Assembly (NCBI GenBank): GCA_003222135.1
Contig: QHUM01000047.1
Location: forward strand, 272 to 64,271
Length of the DNA stretch: 64,000 nt
Source of the DNA: Gemmatimonadota bacterium
Lineage (GTDB): Bacteria; Gemmatimonadota; Gemmatimonadetes; Gemmatimonadales; GWC2-71-9
Reading direction: 5' to 3'
Shown: piece after piece, positions 1 through 8,886 of the stretch
How positions within the stretch are numbered: the first letter of the stretch is position 1
Layout: every line of letters starts with the position of its first letter
Program-made: the position numbers and the translations under genes
The notes under the pieces: model-generated
Database searches by the model: none
What the model was told of the DNA's origin: nothing
The model's input: the letters and a program-made list of their open reading frames with translations, nothing else

Positions 1-1294
1 GACGCACCTGTGCCGTCGAGGTGACCCCCTGGTTCGTGTAATGGAATCGTATCCAGTCGACATCGTGCGGATTTTCGATCGTCAAGGTGTCGCGAAAGGT
101 CGGGGCCGGGAGCGTGCCCCGGAGGTCGGCGGCATTGCACGAGTTGTCATCCTCGTGCGCGTCCGCGGGCAACTCGCTCTGGTACCCCGCGATGACACCG
201 AGGCCATAGCGTCCGGGTGTCCCGTACAGCGCGATGCCGTCCAGTGCACCGGCTGGGAGATTCTTGAATGCGACGACGGTCGAGTCCGCGACCCGTTCGG
301 AGGGCGCGAACCCCGCCCCGTGACACGCGTGGGAGCCCGGGCCGAAGGTCCAGGCGTCGCGGCCGATGACGTACGTCTTGGCCGTACCATTCCAGCCGAG
401 CGAATCGGTGAGGAAGGTACGGAACGTGCCGGCGATTTGGGGAGCGGTGAGGAAGATGGTGAGATCGCGGGTCTTCCCTTGGGTGAAGTGATACCAGTCC
501 ACCCCGGTGGTCTGCCCGCGCTTCAGCGTCTCGAACGCGAGGGCCGGGTTGAAGAACAGGAGCGAGTCGAGCAGCGTGTTCGTGGTGGGGAACGGTCGGG
601 CGGCGTCCAGGTCGATCGCGCTGGGAATCGTGTCGTTGGGCTCGTAGATGTCGCGCTCGAGCACGCGCGTCGTGTCGCCGTGCAGGAAGCCGAATACCCC
701 GAGGCCACCGGAGATCCCCAAGTAGAACAGCGAATCGGTGGTCGCGGGCGGCGGCACCCAGAAGCGGGTGCGCGCGGTACCGGACTTGAACGCGGTATCC
801 GAAAACGGCACGCGGATCAGCTGCGCGCCCGCCAGGGACGCCGAGAAGATCGAGTCCGCGCCGACACCCCAGATCGTGAGCTTCTCGCCATACTTGACGG
901 TCTTGGGGCGGACGCTGTCGATCTCGAGCGGGGCGGACACGCGCAATGTGTCGTCTCCCGTGGCGCTGGCTTTGTCGAAATTCGCCGCCGCCGCCCGGAT
1001 CACCGCCGGCCCCGAGTTCACGCCGACGATGTGCCCGGCGTTGTCCACCGTGGCGACGGAGGGATTACTGCTCGACCAGACGAAGCTGACGTTGGGAATC
1101 CGCTGCGAGTCCCCCGGTGCGATCATCTGCCACGCCGTCGCCTTCGCCGTCGTGTCCCTTCCACGGATCAAGATCCTGAGCCGTGTCACGCTGACGTGCA
1201 CGGAGGAATCTCGCTCGGTGGGGAAGACGCACGTCGCGAGCGTCGCAGAACTGAACAGCAGTGCCAGCGCGGCGCAGCCGCGGGTGAGTCGCAT
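1..1294 (-). CDS. Secreted lipoprotein with Big_2 Ig-like, IPT/TIG-like and PPC-like segments (3' end runs off window)
   Basis: Manual minus-strand translation from ATG 1294 (not in ORF track): MRLTRGCAALALLFSSATLATC (lipobox-like), FVWSSSNPSVATVDNAG (Big_2 motif), YEPND...DWYHF and HEDDN...DVDWIRF (PPC-like); no stop to the window edge. Confidence 0.8.
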   Translation of the reverse strand, partial: MRLTRGCAALALLFSSATLATCVFPTERDSSVHVSVTRLRILIRGRDTTAKATAWQMIAPGDSQRIPNVSFVWSSSNPSVATVDNAGHIVGVNSGPAVIRAAAANFDKASATGDDTLRVSAPLEIDSVRPKTVKYGEKLTIWGVGADSIFSASLAGAQLIRVPFSDTAFKSGTARTRFWVPPPATTDSLFYLGISGGLGVFGFLHGDTTRVLERDIYEPNDTIPSAIDLDAARPFPTTNTLLDSLLFFNPALAFETLKRGQTTGVDWYHFTQGKTRDLTIFLTAPQIAGTFRTFLTDSLGWNGTAKTYVIGRDAWTFGPGSHACHGAGFAPSERVADSTVVAFKNLPAGALDGIALYGTPGRYGLGVIAGYQSELPADAHEDDNSCNAADLRGTLPAPTFRDTLTIENPHDVDWIRFHYTNQGVTSTAQVR

Positions 1295-1363
1295 GGATCG
1301 AGGCCCGGCGCAGGTGGGCCCCAATCTATAAGGAGCGGTCCGGCCGGGCCACGACGACGCCGA

Positions 1364-2683
1364 TCACAGCCGCCCGCGGCGTTTCAATTCCAGGTATTTG
1401 GCCACCACGGCGTACGCGGCGCGCGCGGGGGGCACGTCGAGCACCAGCACGCCGGCGCGCCGCATGCGACCCAGTGCCTCTTCGCGCGCCCGCAGCAGCT
1501 CTTCGGCCGCGGCCTTGCGAAACGCGTCGCGCGTCGTTTCCGGCCGGAGCGCCGCCACGTCATCGACCTCCGGGTTGCGCAGCGTCACGGCGAGCGGCAG
1601 GTGGCGCGGCCGCAGGCTGGCCACGTTCGCAACCAGGGCATCGGAAGCGAACCGGTCGATCACGTCGGTGAAGAGCACGGTGAGGGCCCGCTTGCGATTG
1701 CGCGCGGCGAGGTAGCGGAACGCGCCCGGGTAGTCGGGCTCGACCAGCGTCGCCTCCACAGCCGCCAGCACGTCGAGCACGCGCTTCAAGCCGAGCCGCC
1801 CGCGTTGCGGTGCGACGAAGTGCTGCACGCCGTTCGCGAATGCCATGACGCCCACGTTGTCGTCGTGCTGCGCCGCGACGTACGCCAGCTCGAGCGCCGC
1901 CTGCACGACGTAATCGAGCCGCGACACGCCGGCGATCTCGGCGGTGAGGAGCCGGCCCGTGTCGAGCACCAGCAGCACCTGCTGGCGCCGCTCGGCCTCG
2001 TATTGTCGCGTGATGACCTTGCGGCGCTTGGCGGTCGCCTTCCAATCGATGTGGCGCAGGTCGTCGCCTGGTACCCATTCGCGCAGCGATTCGAACAGCC
2101 GCCCTTCGCCGAGCTGGCGGATCGGCGTTACGCCCTGCTGGCGCCGCGCCGCCCGGGCGACCGACGCCCGCAGCCGCACGGTGACAAGCGGCGGGTAGAC
2201 CGCGGCATCCCACGGCAGCCCGACGCTGCCCCGGCGCAGCCCGAGACCGAGCGGCCCGATCGTGTCCACCACGAACGCTCCCGCCGCGTGCTCGCGGCCG
2301 CGCCGCACCGGCACAACCGGGAGCGTTTCGCGTGCCTCGCCCCGCGGCCCGACGGCGAGCTCGCGGGGCGGTTGGGTGCCGCCCAAGAGATCGGGCCGCA
2401 CTTCGCGCAGCCGCAATCGCACGCCGCGCCCGGCCGCGTTACGCCAGCGGTAGCTCACTTCACCCGAGCGGCCGACGGAGAAGGCGGGCGGCGCCTCGCG
2501 GCTCACGCTGATCCCATCAGGCCCGAGCGGGCTCGCCCGCCGCGCGTCGAGCCACACCGCGGCGAGCAGCGCCACGTCGGCGAACAGCATCGCATCGAGC
2601 GCCCAGGGCACCCAGAAGCCCAGGAGCCCAAGGGCGGCGAGCGCGGCGCCCGCCCAGAGCGCGCGCCGCGTCAGCAGGGTCAC
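1364..2683 (-). CDS. DUF58 domain protein (vWA-like), N-terminal TM
   Basis: FESLREWVPGDDLRHIDWKATAKR motif and LVLDTGR; GTG start overlaps MoxR stop (GTGA). Confidence 0.9.
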   Translation of the reverse strand: MTLLTRRALWAGAALAALGLLGFWVPWALDAMLFADVALLAAVWLDARRASPLGPDGISVSREAPPAFSVGRSGEVSYRWRNAAGRGVRLRLREVRPDLLGGTQPPRELAVGPRGEARETLPVVPVRRGREHAAGAFVVDTIGPLGLGLRRGSVGLPWDAAVYPPLVTVRLRASVARAARRQQGVTPIRQLGEGRLFESLREWVPGDDLRHIDWKATAKRRKVITRQYEAERRQQVLLVLDTGRLLTAEIAGVSRLDYVVQAALELAYVAAQHDDNVGVMAFANGVQHFVAPQRGRLGLKRVLDVLAAVEATLVEPDYPGAFRYLAARNRKRALTVLFTDVIDRFASDALVANVASLRPRHLPLAVTLRNPEVDDVAALRPETTRDAFRKAAAEELLRAREEALGRMRRAGVLVLDVPPARAAYAVVAKYLELKRRGRL

Positions 2684-3636
2684 GCCGTCGGGACCTCGGT
2701 CTTGTCGAGGATGGCTTTGAGGGCCGCGTCCGCGGTCACGCCTTCGAGCTCGAGCTCGGGCGCCACGCTCACGCGGTGACGCAGCACCGCGGGCGCCAGC
2801 GCCTTCACGTCGTCCGGAATCACATACTCGCGCCCGTCGACGAACGCCGCGGCGCGGGCCGCCTTGAGCAGCGACACCCCGGCGCGCGGGCTCGCGCCCA
2901 GCGTGAGCGACGCCGCGTCGCGCGTGGCGCGCACGATCGCCGTGATATACGCGGTGATCTGCGGCTCGACGCGCATCGTTTCGACGTCGCGGCGCAGCCG
3001 CTCCAGACCGGAGGCGTTCGTGACGGGGCTCACGCCGTAGGTGGCGGGCCGGTCCGCCTCGAAGCCCGCGACGTAGCGAGTGAGGATGCCCTGCTCGTCC
3101 GCCGCGTCGGGGTAATCCACCAGCACTTTCGCCATGAACCGATCGAGCTCCGCCTCGGGGAGCGGGTACGTCCCTTCGAACTCGATCGGATTCTGGGTCG
3201 CGAATACCGTGAACGTCGTGGAGAGGGGGTGGCTCACGCCGTCGACGGTGACGGTGCGCTCCTGCATCGCCTCGAGCAGCGCCGCCTGGGTCTTCGCGGG
3301 CGCGCGGTTGATCTCGTCGGCGAGCACCAGGTCCGCGAAGATCGGGCCGGGGCGGAAAGTGAATTCGTGCGACCCCGTGAGGATCGAGATGCCCGTGATG
3401 TCCGCGGGCATCAGGTCGGGCGTGAACTGGATCCGCTGGAACTTGACGTCGAGCGCGAGTGCCAGGGTCCGCACCAGCAGCGTCTTGGCCGTCCCGGGCA
3501 CGCCTTCGAGCAGCACGTGGCCGCGCGCCAGCAGGCACACCAGCACATCCCGGGTGGCGGCCTGCTGCCCCAGGATCACCTGCTGCAGCGCGCCTAGGAT
3601 GGGGCGCGCGTCGTCGCCGGGCGTAGCTCCTCCCAC
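2680..3636 (-). CDS. moxR: MoxR family AAA+ ATPase
   Basis: LLEGVPGTAKT, RIQFTPDLMPAD, LADEINRA, ATQNPIEFEGTYPLPEAELDRF; GGAGG upstream of GTG 3636. Confidence 0.95.
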   Translation of the reverse strand: MGGATPGDDARPILGALQQVILGQQAATRDVLVCLLARGHVLLEGVPGTAKTLLVRTLALALDVKFQRIQFTPDLMPADITGISILTGSHEFTFRPGPIFADLVLADEINRAPAKTQAALLEAMQERTVTVDGVSHPLSTTFTVFATQNPIEFEGTYPLPEAELDRFMAKVLVDYPDAADEQGILTRYVAGFEADRPATYGVSPVTNASGLERLRRDVETMRVEPQITAYITAIVRATRDAASLTLGASPRAGVSLLKAARAAAFVDGREYVIPDDVKALAPAVLRHRVSVAPELELEGVTADAALKAILDKTEVPTA

Positions 3637-4841
3637 ACGTCCTCCGCGGCTTGGGCGGCTGCGAGCGCCCGCTCGGCGCCGCCGGGTTGGGTGATGATCC
3701 GCTGCAGCCGGCGCACGGCGTCGCGTCCTCGGGCGGTGGGCAGCGCGAGCTCGAGCGCCGCCAGCCAGGAGCGCTGGTCGTCGGGACGCAGCAGTCCCGT
3801 GCGGCCGAGCCGGCGCCGCAACCCCGAGACGGTGAGCGTCACGGCCGTGTCGGTGCCGGCGGCGCCTTCCAGCCCCGCCGCCAGCGCCTCGAGGTGCTCG
3901 AGCGCCGAGCGGCGGCGGGTCGCCACGCCCCGCCGGGCGGGGCCGAACCGCACCGCGGCGACGGCGAGCCCGACCACCAGGACGCCGACGAGCTGCAAGA
4001 TCACCCGGCCGCCCGGCGTGCCCACAAGCCACCCCAGCACCACGCCCATCATCGAGCGACCCCGCCCGAACCCCTGATGGTATTCGTCCCACACCACGCG
4101 TCCCCGGCGGGCCGGCACCAGGAGCGGAGTAACGAAGTACGGGACATCGCTCGCGCGCCAGAGGCGGTTGCGGAAGTATCCCGGGTCGGCGACGAGCGTC
4201 ACGCTCCCGCCGCCGCGATAGGCGAGCCGCAGCACCGCCGGCCGCCCGTCGGTGAGACGCAGCAGGGTGTCTTCCGCGGTCGGGGACAGCGTGGCGCATT
4301 CATTTTCCTCGATCGGTCCGCCCCGCACCCGCAGGCGCGACTCGTCCGCCACGTCGTCGCGCCACGGCTTGAGAAAGTCGGTCACCGGGGGGAGGGAGAG
4401 CGTGGGCACGGGTGAGACAACCGGAAAGCTGTCGCGCAGCAGGAACACTTCCTCGTTCTTGGTGCGCCAACCCACGCAGCCCGTGATGCCACCGCCCGAC
4501 CCGGCGGCCACCACACGGCCGCCCGCCCGCACGAACTCCACCACCTGAGCGAGCTCGGCGGCATACAGGCTGCGCGGTGGCTGGAGCACGACGAGCACCG
4601 CGGGCGGTGTGCCGCGCGGTGCGGTGCGCGCGAAGTCGAACAGCGGCGTGCGCCGCCGCTCCACCGGCACGCGCAACCGCGCGAGCACGTCGTACACCCC
4701 GCGGCTGCCGAGCGGACCCGAGAGCATGCTCGACGTTCGCAAGTCGAATTGCGGCGCCGTGCCCCGGCTCCCCGCCGCGATCGCCACGCCCACCGCCAGG
4801 GCGACGACGAGCGCGAGCCCGAGCTCAAGCCGGCGCGACAT
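3594..4841 (-). CDS. DUF4350 domain membrane protein
   Basis: N-terminal TM, FVRAGGRVV, VVWDEYHQG, second TM then RFG; typical position upstream of MoxR. Confidence 0.8.
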   Translation of the reverse strand: MSRRLELGLALVVALAVGVAIAAGSRGTAPQFDLRTSSMLSGPLGSRGVYDVLARLRVPVERRRTPLFDFARTAPRGTPPAVLVVLQPPRSLYAAELAQVVEFVRAGGRVVAAGSGGGITGCVGWRTKNEEVFLLRDSFPVVSPVPTLSLPPVTDFLKPWRDDVADESRLRVRGGPIEENECATLSPTAEDTLLRLTDGRPAVLRLAYRGGGSVTLVADPGYFRNRLWRASDVPYFVTPLLVPARRGRVVWDEYHQGFGRGRSMMGVVLGWLVGTPGGRVILQLVGVLVVGLAVAAVRFGPARRGVATRRRSALEHLEALAAGLEGAAGTDTAVTLTVSGLRRRLGRTGLLRPDDQRSWLAALELALPTARGRDAVRRLQRIITQPGGAERALAAAQAAEDVWEELRPATTRAPS

Positions 4842-5445
4842 GACGGAACACCGCGTCGGCGGTGGCCCCGAAATCGTGGTACGTAGCGTCGTCGCACGGG
4901 ACGGCCCCGAACACGTGGCGGTACAACCGGGCCACGAGATCGGCGAGCGAGGCGCGGCCCGACTCGTCGAGACGTGCTTCGCGCACGTACTCGGCGGGCG
5001 TCTTGGACGGGTGGAACGTGAGGGCGTGGCGCCGCTCCAGCTCGAGGAGCAGCGCGATGAAACGGTGCGCCAGCGCTTCGGCGTAGCGACCCGCCCGAGC
5101 GAGCTCGTCCGCGCGCTCGCGGTGGGCCCGCGCGTCCTCGAGCCGTAATCCGGTCGCCCCCGCGGCCCGCGCCAGCGTGTGCACCGTCGGGCGGGTGATA
5201 CGCCAGACGACATATCCCATGTGAATCAGCAGCCCTGCCAGCACCGCGATCAGGATCGTGAGCACCACCTTGAACGCCGCCGGGTGAGCCGTCTGCTGGC
5301 GCCCGATCCAGTCCAGCAGCCGCAGCACCTGCTCGCGCATCCAGTCGCCGAGGTCGAAACGTGGCACCCAGGCGTAATCGGGGCGCGCGAAGACCTCGGC
5401 TAGTGCGCGCCGCAGCGAATCGGCGGGCGGCGCGGCTTGAAGCAT
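4825..5445 (-). CDS. DUF4129 domain membrane protein
   Basis: One TM then GRYAEAL...SKTPAEY...LYRHVFG pattern. Confidence 0.8.
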   Translation of the reverse strand: MLQAAPPADSLRRALAEVFARPDYAWVPRFDLGDWMREQVLRLLDWIGRQQTAHPAAFKVVLTILIAVLAGLLIHMGYVVWRITRPTVHTLARAAGATGLRLEDARAHRERADELARAGRYAEALAHRFIALLLELERRHALTFHPSKTPAEYVREARLDESGRASLADLVARLYRHVFGAVPCDDATYHDFGATADAVFRHVAPA

Positions 5446-5462
5446 GGCGGCCGGTGCGCCCG

Positions 5463-6308
5463 TCAGATGATCCCCAGCCGCTGACCCAGGACTTGCAGGT
5501 CGAACGCCTCACGACGCACCCGCAGGTCGTAGTACATCAGGGTGATCACCGCCGCGAGCACCGGGGCCAGGACGAGCGGCGCCACGTATCCCACGGCCGT
5601 GAGCGCGATTCCCAGGGGCGGGACCGACTGCAGGAACACGGCGCCGATGCCGCGAAAAACGAGGGAGGGAATGAAATTGGTCAGCAGCACCGCAACGAAG
5701 AACAACCCGGCCACCTTCAGCTTGAAGCTGCGGGTGAGCTCCCACGAGCGGCCGAAGGCGTCGAACGAGCTGCGCAGCTCCTCCAACACGACGACCGGCG
5801 TCGTGACCCCGTAGCCGCATAGCACGAAGAACAGGAACCAGGTGCCCGCGGCGACCAACGCGATCGCCGCCAGGACGCCGGCCCCCTTGAGGACCGCGAT
5901 CCCGATCCCCACCACAACGCTGCAGCCGAGCACGATCAACATCATCACGATGCCCTTGCCGAACCCCACCGCGGTGAGTGGCCAGATCTTCGACCAGCCG
6001 AGCGACAGCGCGTCGCGCAGGCGCGGCTCGCGGCCGAGATAGGAGTCGGAGATGATCCGGATCGTGCCGGTCGTCAGCACGAGGCTCGCGACGTAGTACA
6101 CGAGCCCGATCGGCAGCAGGTAGAACAGCACGCGGACCGGGTTCTGCTGCAGCTCCGCCAACGCGCGCAGCCCGAAATACACCAGCAGCACGAGCGGCAC
6201 CGACAACGCCGACACCGCGAGCTTGAGAAACAGCCCGAAATGCCGGCGGTAGATCATGAGGGACCCGTCGAGGATCTCCCCGAAGTCCATGGGCCGGAGG
6301 TCTGGCAT
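5463..6308 (-). CDS. Integral membrane protein of the MoxR cluster (GDPD membrane-domain-like)
   Basis: LRPMDFGEILDG start, about 6 TM, AFGRSWEL, LMYYDLRVRREAFDL end. Confidence 0.8.
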   Translation of the reverse strand: MPDLRPMDFGEILDGSLMIYRRHFGLFLKLAVSALSVPLVLLVYFGLRALAELQQNPVRVLFYLLPIGLVYYVASLVLTTGTIRIISDSYLGREPRLRDALSLGWSKIWPLTAVGFGKGIVMMLIVLGCSVVVGIGIAVLKGAGVLAAIALVAAGTWFLFFVLCGYGVTTPVVVLEELRSSFDAFGRSWELTRSFKLKVAGLFFVAVLLTNFIPSLVFRGIGAVFLQSVPPLGIALTAVGYVAPLVLAPVLAAVITLMYYDLRVRREAFDLQVLGQRLGII

Positions 6309-6350
6309 GCGCGACTCGCTCCTGTACCGGGGTCGCGGTAAGATGAGGAC

Positions 6351-8198
6351 GTGAACGCGCCAGCGCGAGACCCGGTTCGCCCGGCGGAGCTGCGCCAGCA
6401 GCTCGACATCGAAACCCCCGAGCACGTCGCGGTGCGCCTGGAGCTGGCCGGCGTGGGCTCCCGGGCGGCCGCGGCGCTGGTGGACACCCTGATCGTGATC
6501 GTGCTCCTGGTGCTGCTGCAATTCGCCGGGGGCGCAACGGGCCTGTGGCATCTGGGCGCCGGACTCGAGGGCTGGGTGTTGGCGTTCGTGATCCTGCTTT
6601 CGTTCCTGACATTCTTCGGCTACTTCGCCGCGTTCGAGGCGTTGAACGGGGGACGGACGCCGGGCAAGCAGGCGCTCGGGATCCGCGTCGTCATGGAAAC
6701 CGGCCATGCCGTGACCCCGACCGGGGCGATCGTGCGCAACGTCGTCCGGCTGCTCGACTGCTACTTCCCGCTGCTGCCGTTCGTGCCGGGCCTCGTGATG
6801 GTGTTCCTGCATCCGCGTAACCAGCGCTTGGGCGACCTGGCGGCGGGGACGATCGTGGTGCGCGACCGCCCGGTCGACTGGGGCCTCGGGCCCCTCCCCC
6901 AACCCGGCGCGGCCGTCCCCGAGCCGGTCGAAACCGGCCCGCCCGAGCTCAGCGACGATGAGTTTCGGCTGCTCGATCAGTTTCTGGCGCGCTCGGGCCA
7001 GCTCGACGTGGCCCTCCAGGTGCGGCTCGCCACGGAGCTGGCGCGCCGGTTTCAGGACCGCATCCCCCGCCGCACGACCGATGCCGACGATTATCTCACC
7101 ACGCTCCACGCCGAGGAGCAGCGCAAGCGCGGCAGCCGCTTCGCGACCCGCGCGCAGACCGGCGCCGCCGGACGAACGACCGTCACCGCGGAGCGGTTCG
7201 TGGCCGGAAAACGAGACGGGTGGGCCGCCTTTCACACCGTCGCCACCCGGGTGGAGCGGGCCGGCGTCGGCGCCCTCGCTCCTGGCGAGATCCCCGCGTT
7301 CGCCGCGCGCTACCGGGAAGTGACTGCCGATCTCGCGCGGGCGCGGACCTATGGCGTCGACCCGCGCGTCATCGAGTATCTGGAGCGCGTGGTGAGCGCG
7401 GGCCACAACGCGCTGTACCGGGCACGGGGACGTCGCCGCGCCCCGCTCGTCCGCTACCTGGTACGTGACTTCCCCGCCGCGGTCGTTCAGTCATGGCGCC
7501 AGGTGCTGGCGGCGTTCCTGCTCTTCATCGTCCCCGCGGTCGTCGGGTACGGCCTGATCCGCGGCCGGCCGGAGCTCGCCGACGAGGTCCTGCCGCCCGT
7601 CATGATCAGCCGCGCCGAGCAGGCGGCGGAGCACCAGGCCCGCGGCATCGGCTACGGCCAGTCGCCGGGGGAGGAGCTGCCCGTCATCGCGTCGGCGATC
7701 ATCAGCAACAACATCGCGGTGGCGTTCTGGGCGTTCGTGGGGGGGATGCTGGCCGGCACCCTGACCGCGCTCGTTCTCGTCGGCAACGGGGTGAGCCTCG
7801 GCATGGGATTCGGATTGTTCGTCAACTACCACGCGGGCGCGTACCTCGCCACGTTCATCGCGGGGCACGGGATCCTCGAGTTGACGGCGATCTTCATCGC
7901 CGGTGGCGCCGGGTTCCGGCTCGCCGGGGCCCTGCTCCTCCCCGGAGACCTGACGCGCGCAGACGCTCTCGTGCTGCAGGGGCGCATCGCAGCCCGGATG
8001 ATCGGCGCGGTCGTCACGCTGCTCGCGCTCGCCGGTACCATCGAAGGGTTGCTCTCGGCGAGCGACGCGCCGGCGGCGTTCAAGTACGTGGTCAGTGCGT
8101 CGACGGCGGCGCTGTTGGCCCTCTACCTCTGGAGCGGGTGGCGCTACCTGCAGGAGTCAGCGGTCGAAGCGGAGCACGCGAGCGGGCGGCCAGCGTAG
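6351..8198 (+). CDS. RDD domain fused to stage II sporulation M (DUF95)-like membrane domain
   Basis: ETPEHV..LAGVGSRAAAALVD, GRTPGK, QRLGDLAAGT (RDD); IISNN, FIAGHGILEL, AGTIEG (SpoIIM-like). Confidence 0.9.
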   Translation: MNAPARDPVRPAELRQQLDIETPEHVAVRLELAGVGSRAAAALVDTLIVIVLLVLLQFAGGATGLWHLGAGLEGWVLAFVILLSFLTFFGYFAAFEALNGGRTPGKQALGIRVVMETGHAVTPTGAIVRNVVRLLDCYFPLLPFVPGLVMVFLHPRNQRLGDLAAGTIVVRDRPVDWGLGPLPQPGAAVPEPVETGPPELSDDEFRLLDQFLARSGQLDVALQVRLATELARRFQDRIPRRTTDADDYLTTLHAEEQRKRGSRFATRAQTGAAGRTTVTAERFVAGKRDGWAAFHTVATRVERAGVGALAPGEIPAFAARYREVTADLARARTYGVDPRVIEYLERVVSAGHNALYRARGRRRAPLVRYLVRDFPAAVVQSWRQVLAAFLLFIVPAVVGYGLIRGRPELADEVLPPVMISRAEQAAEHQARGIGYGQSPGEELPVIASAIISNNIAVAFWAFVGGMLAGTLTALVLVGNGVSLGMGFGLFVNYHAGAYLATFIAGHGILELTAIFIAGGAGFRLAGALLLPGDLTRADALVLQGRIAARMIGAVVTLLALAGTIEGLLSASDAPAAFKYVVSASTAALLALYLWSGWRYLQESAVEAEHASGRPA

Positions 8199-8278
8199 CC
8201 AGCGCGGGCTGGCGAGGTAGACGCGCCGGGGACGCCACCACAAGGCCGCCGGACAGTACCGCGGGCGGTGCAGCCGGC

Positions 8279-8482
8279 TCACGCGTCCAGGGGGGGGGCT
8301 TGCAGGATCTGCCGCATCTTGCGGGCGAGGCTCTCGATCTGCTTCAAGCCGGCAACCGTTTCTTCGTCCAAACGCTCGGCATTGAGAAGCAGCAGCTGGG
8401 TTTCGGCGAGGATCGCCGCCAGGGGGTTCGAGAGGTCGTGCCGCAGCGTCTGCAGCCGGTCGCCGCCCTGGGGGGAGGCCAT
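8279..8482 (-). CDS. Stand-alone HisKA/DHp microprotein (67 aa)
   Basis: LRHDLSNPLAAI H-box plus two helices; ATG overlaps upstream stop (TGATG). Confidence 0.8.
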   Translation of the reverse strand: MASPQGGDRLQTLRHDLSNPLAAILAETQLLLLNAERLDEETVAGLKQIESLARKMRQILQAPPLDA

Positions 8483-8766
8483 CAAAGCAGCGAGCGGTAC
8501 AGGTCGCGCAAGTGATGGTCCCGCAGGTCGCGGACCGACTGCCATAAGTCCGGCTCCGACGTGGCGCAAAAGATCTCGGCGGTGGAGCGCTCTCCCTCGG
8601 TGTCCGCCGCCCCGAACAACATGCGGCCGCGCCAGATCCCGTCCTCGGCGCGGCGTACCAGGAGACGTATGGCGATGAGTTGTCCGTCGAATCGGATGGG
8701 GGGAAGGTCGTGGACGACCGCGTCGGAGGAGTCGGGACTCGAGTATCGTGCCGGTTGTCCGGGCAT
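8482..8766 (-). CDS. Small hypothetical protein (94 aa)
   Basis: Protein-like composition (DGIWRGRMLF, TAEIFC); coupled to the HisKA microprotein. Confidence 0.7.
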   Translation of the reverse strand: MPGQPARYSSPDSSDAVVHDLPPIRFDGQLIAIRLLVRRAEDGIWRGRMLFGAADTEGERSTAEIFCATSEPDLWQSVRDLRDHHLRDLYRSLL

Positions 8767-8792
8767 GCGTCGCCGTAGGGCTGGTTTGAGCA

Positions 8793-8820
8793 AAGATATA
8801 GGCCGGAGATACTTACGCAA
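8793..8820 (-). promoter_or_regulatory. Putative sigma70 promoter TTGCGT-16-TATCTT
   Basis: AT-rich patch about 27 nt upstream of ATG 8766. Confidence 0.45.
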
Positions 8821-8886
8821 TACGGAACTACCGGGGAAAGGCCCGTGAGAGGCCGGGCAAAGGGGAAGGGACCTCTTACCAGCCTC

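Noticed and set aside
41-2779. 912-aa plus-strand ORF
   Set aside because: Antisense shadow of the lipoprotein and DUF58 genes; Arg/Gly-rich with no motifs, typical of high-GC DNA
8789-8806. sigma54 promoter for the microprotein pair
   Set aside because: Spacing is GG-N11-GC rather than the required N10
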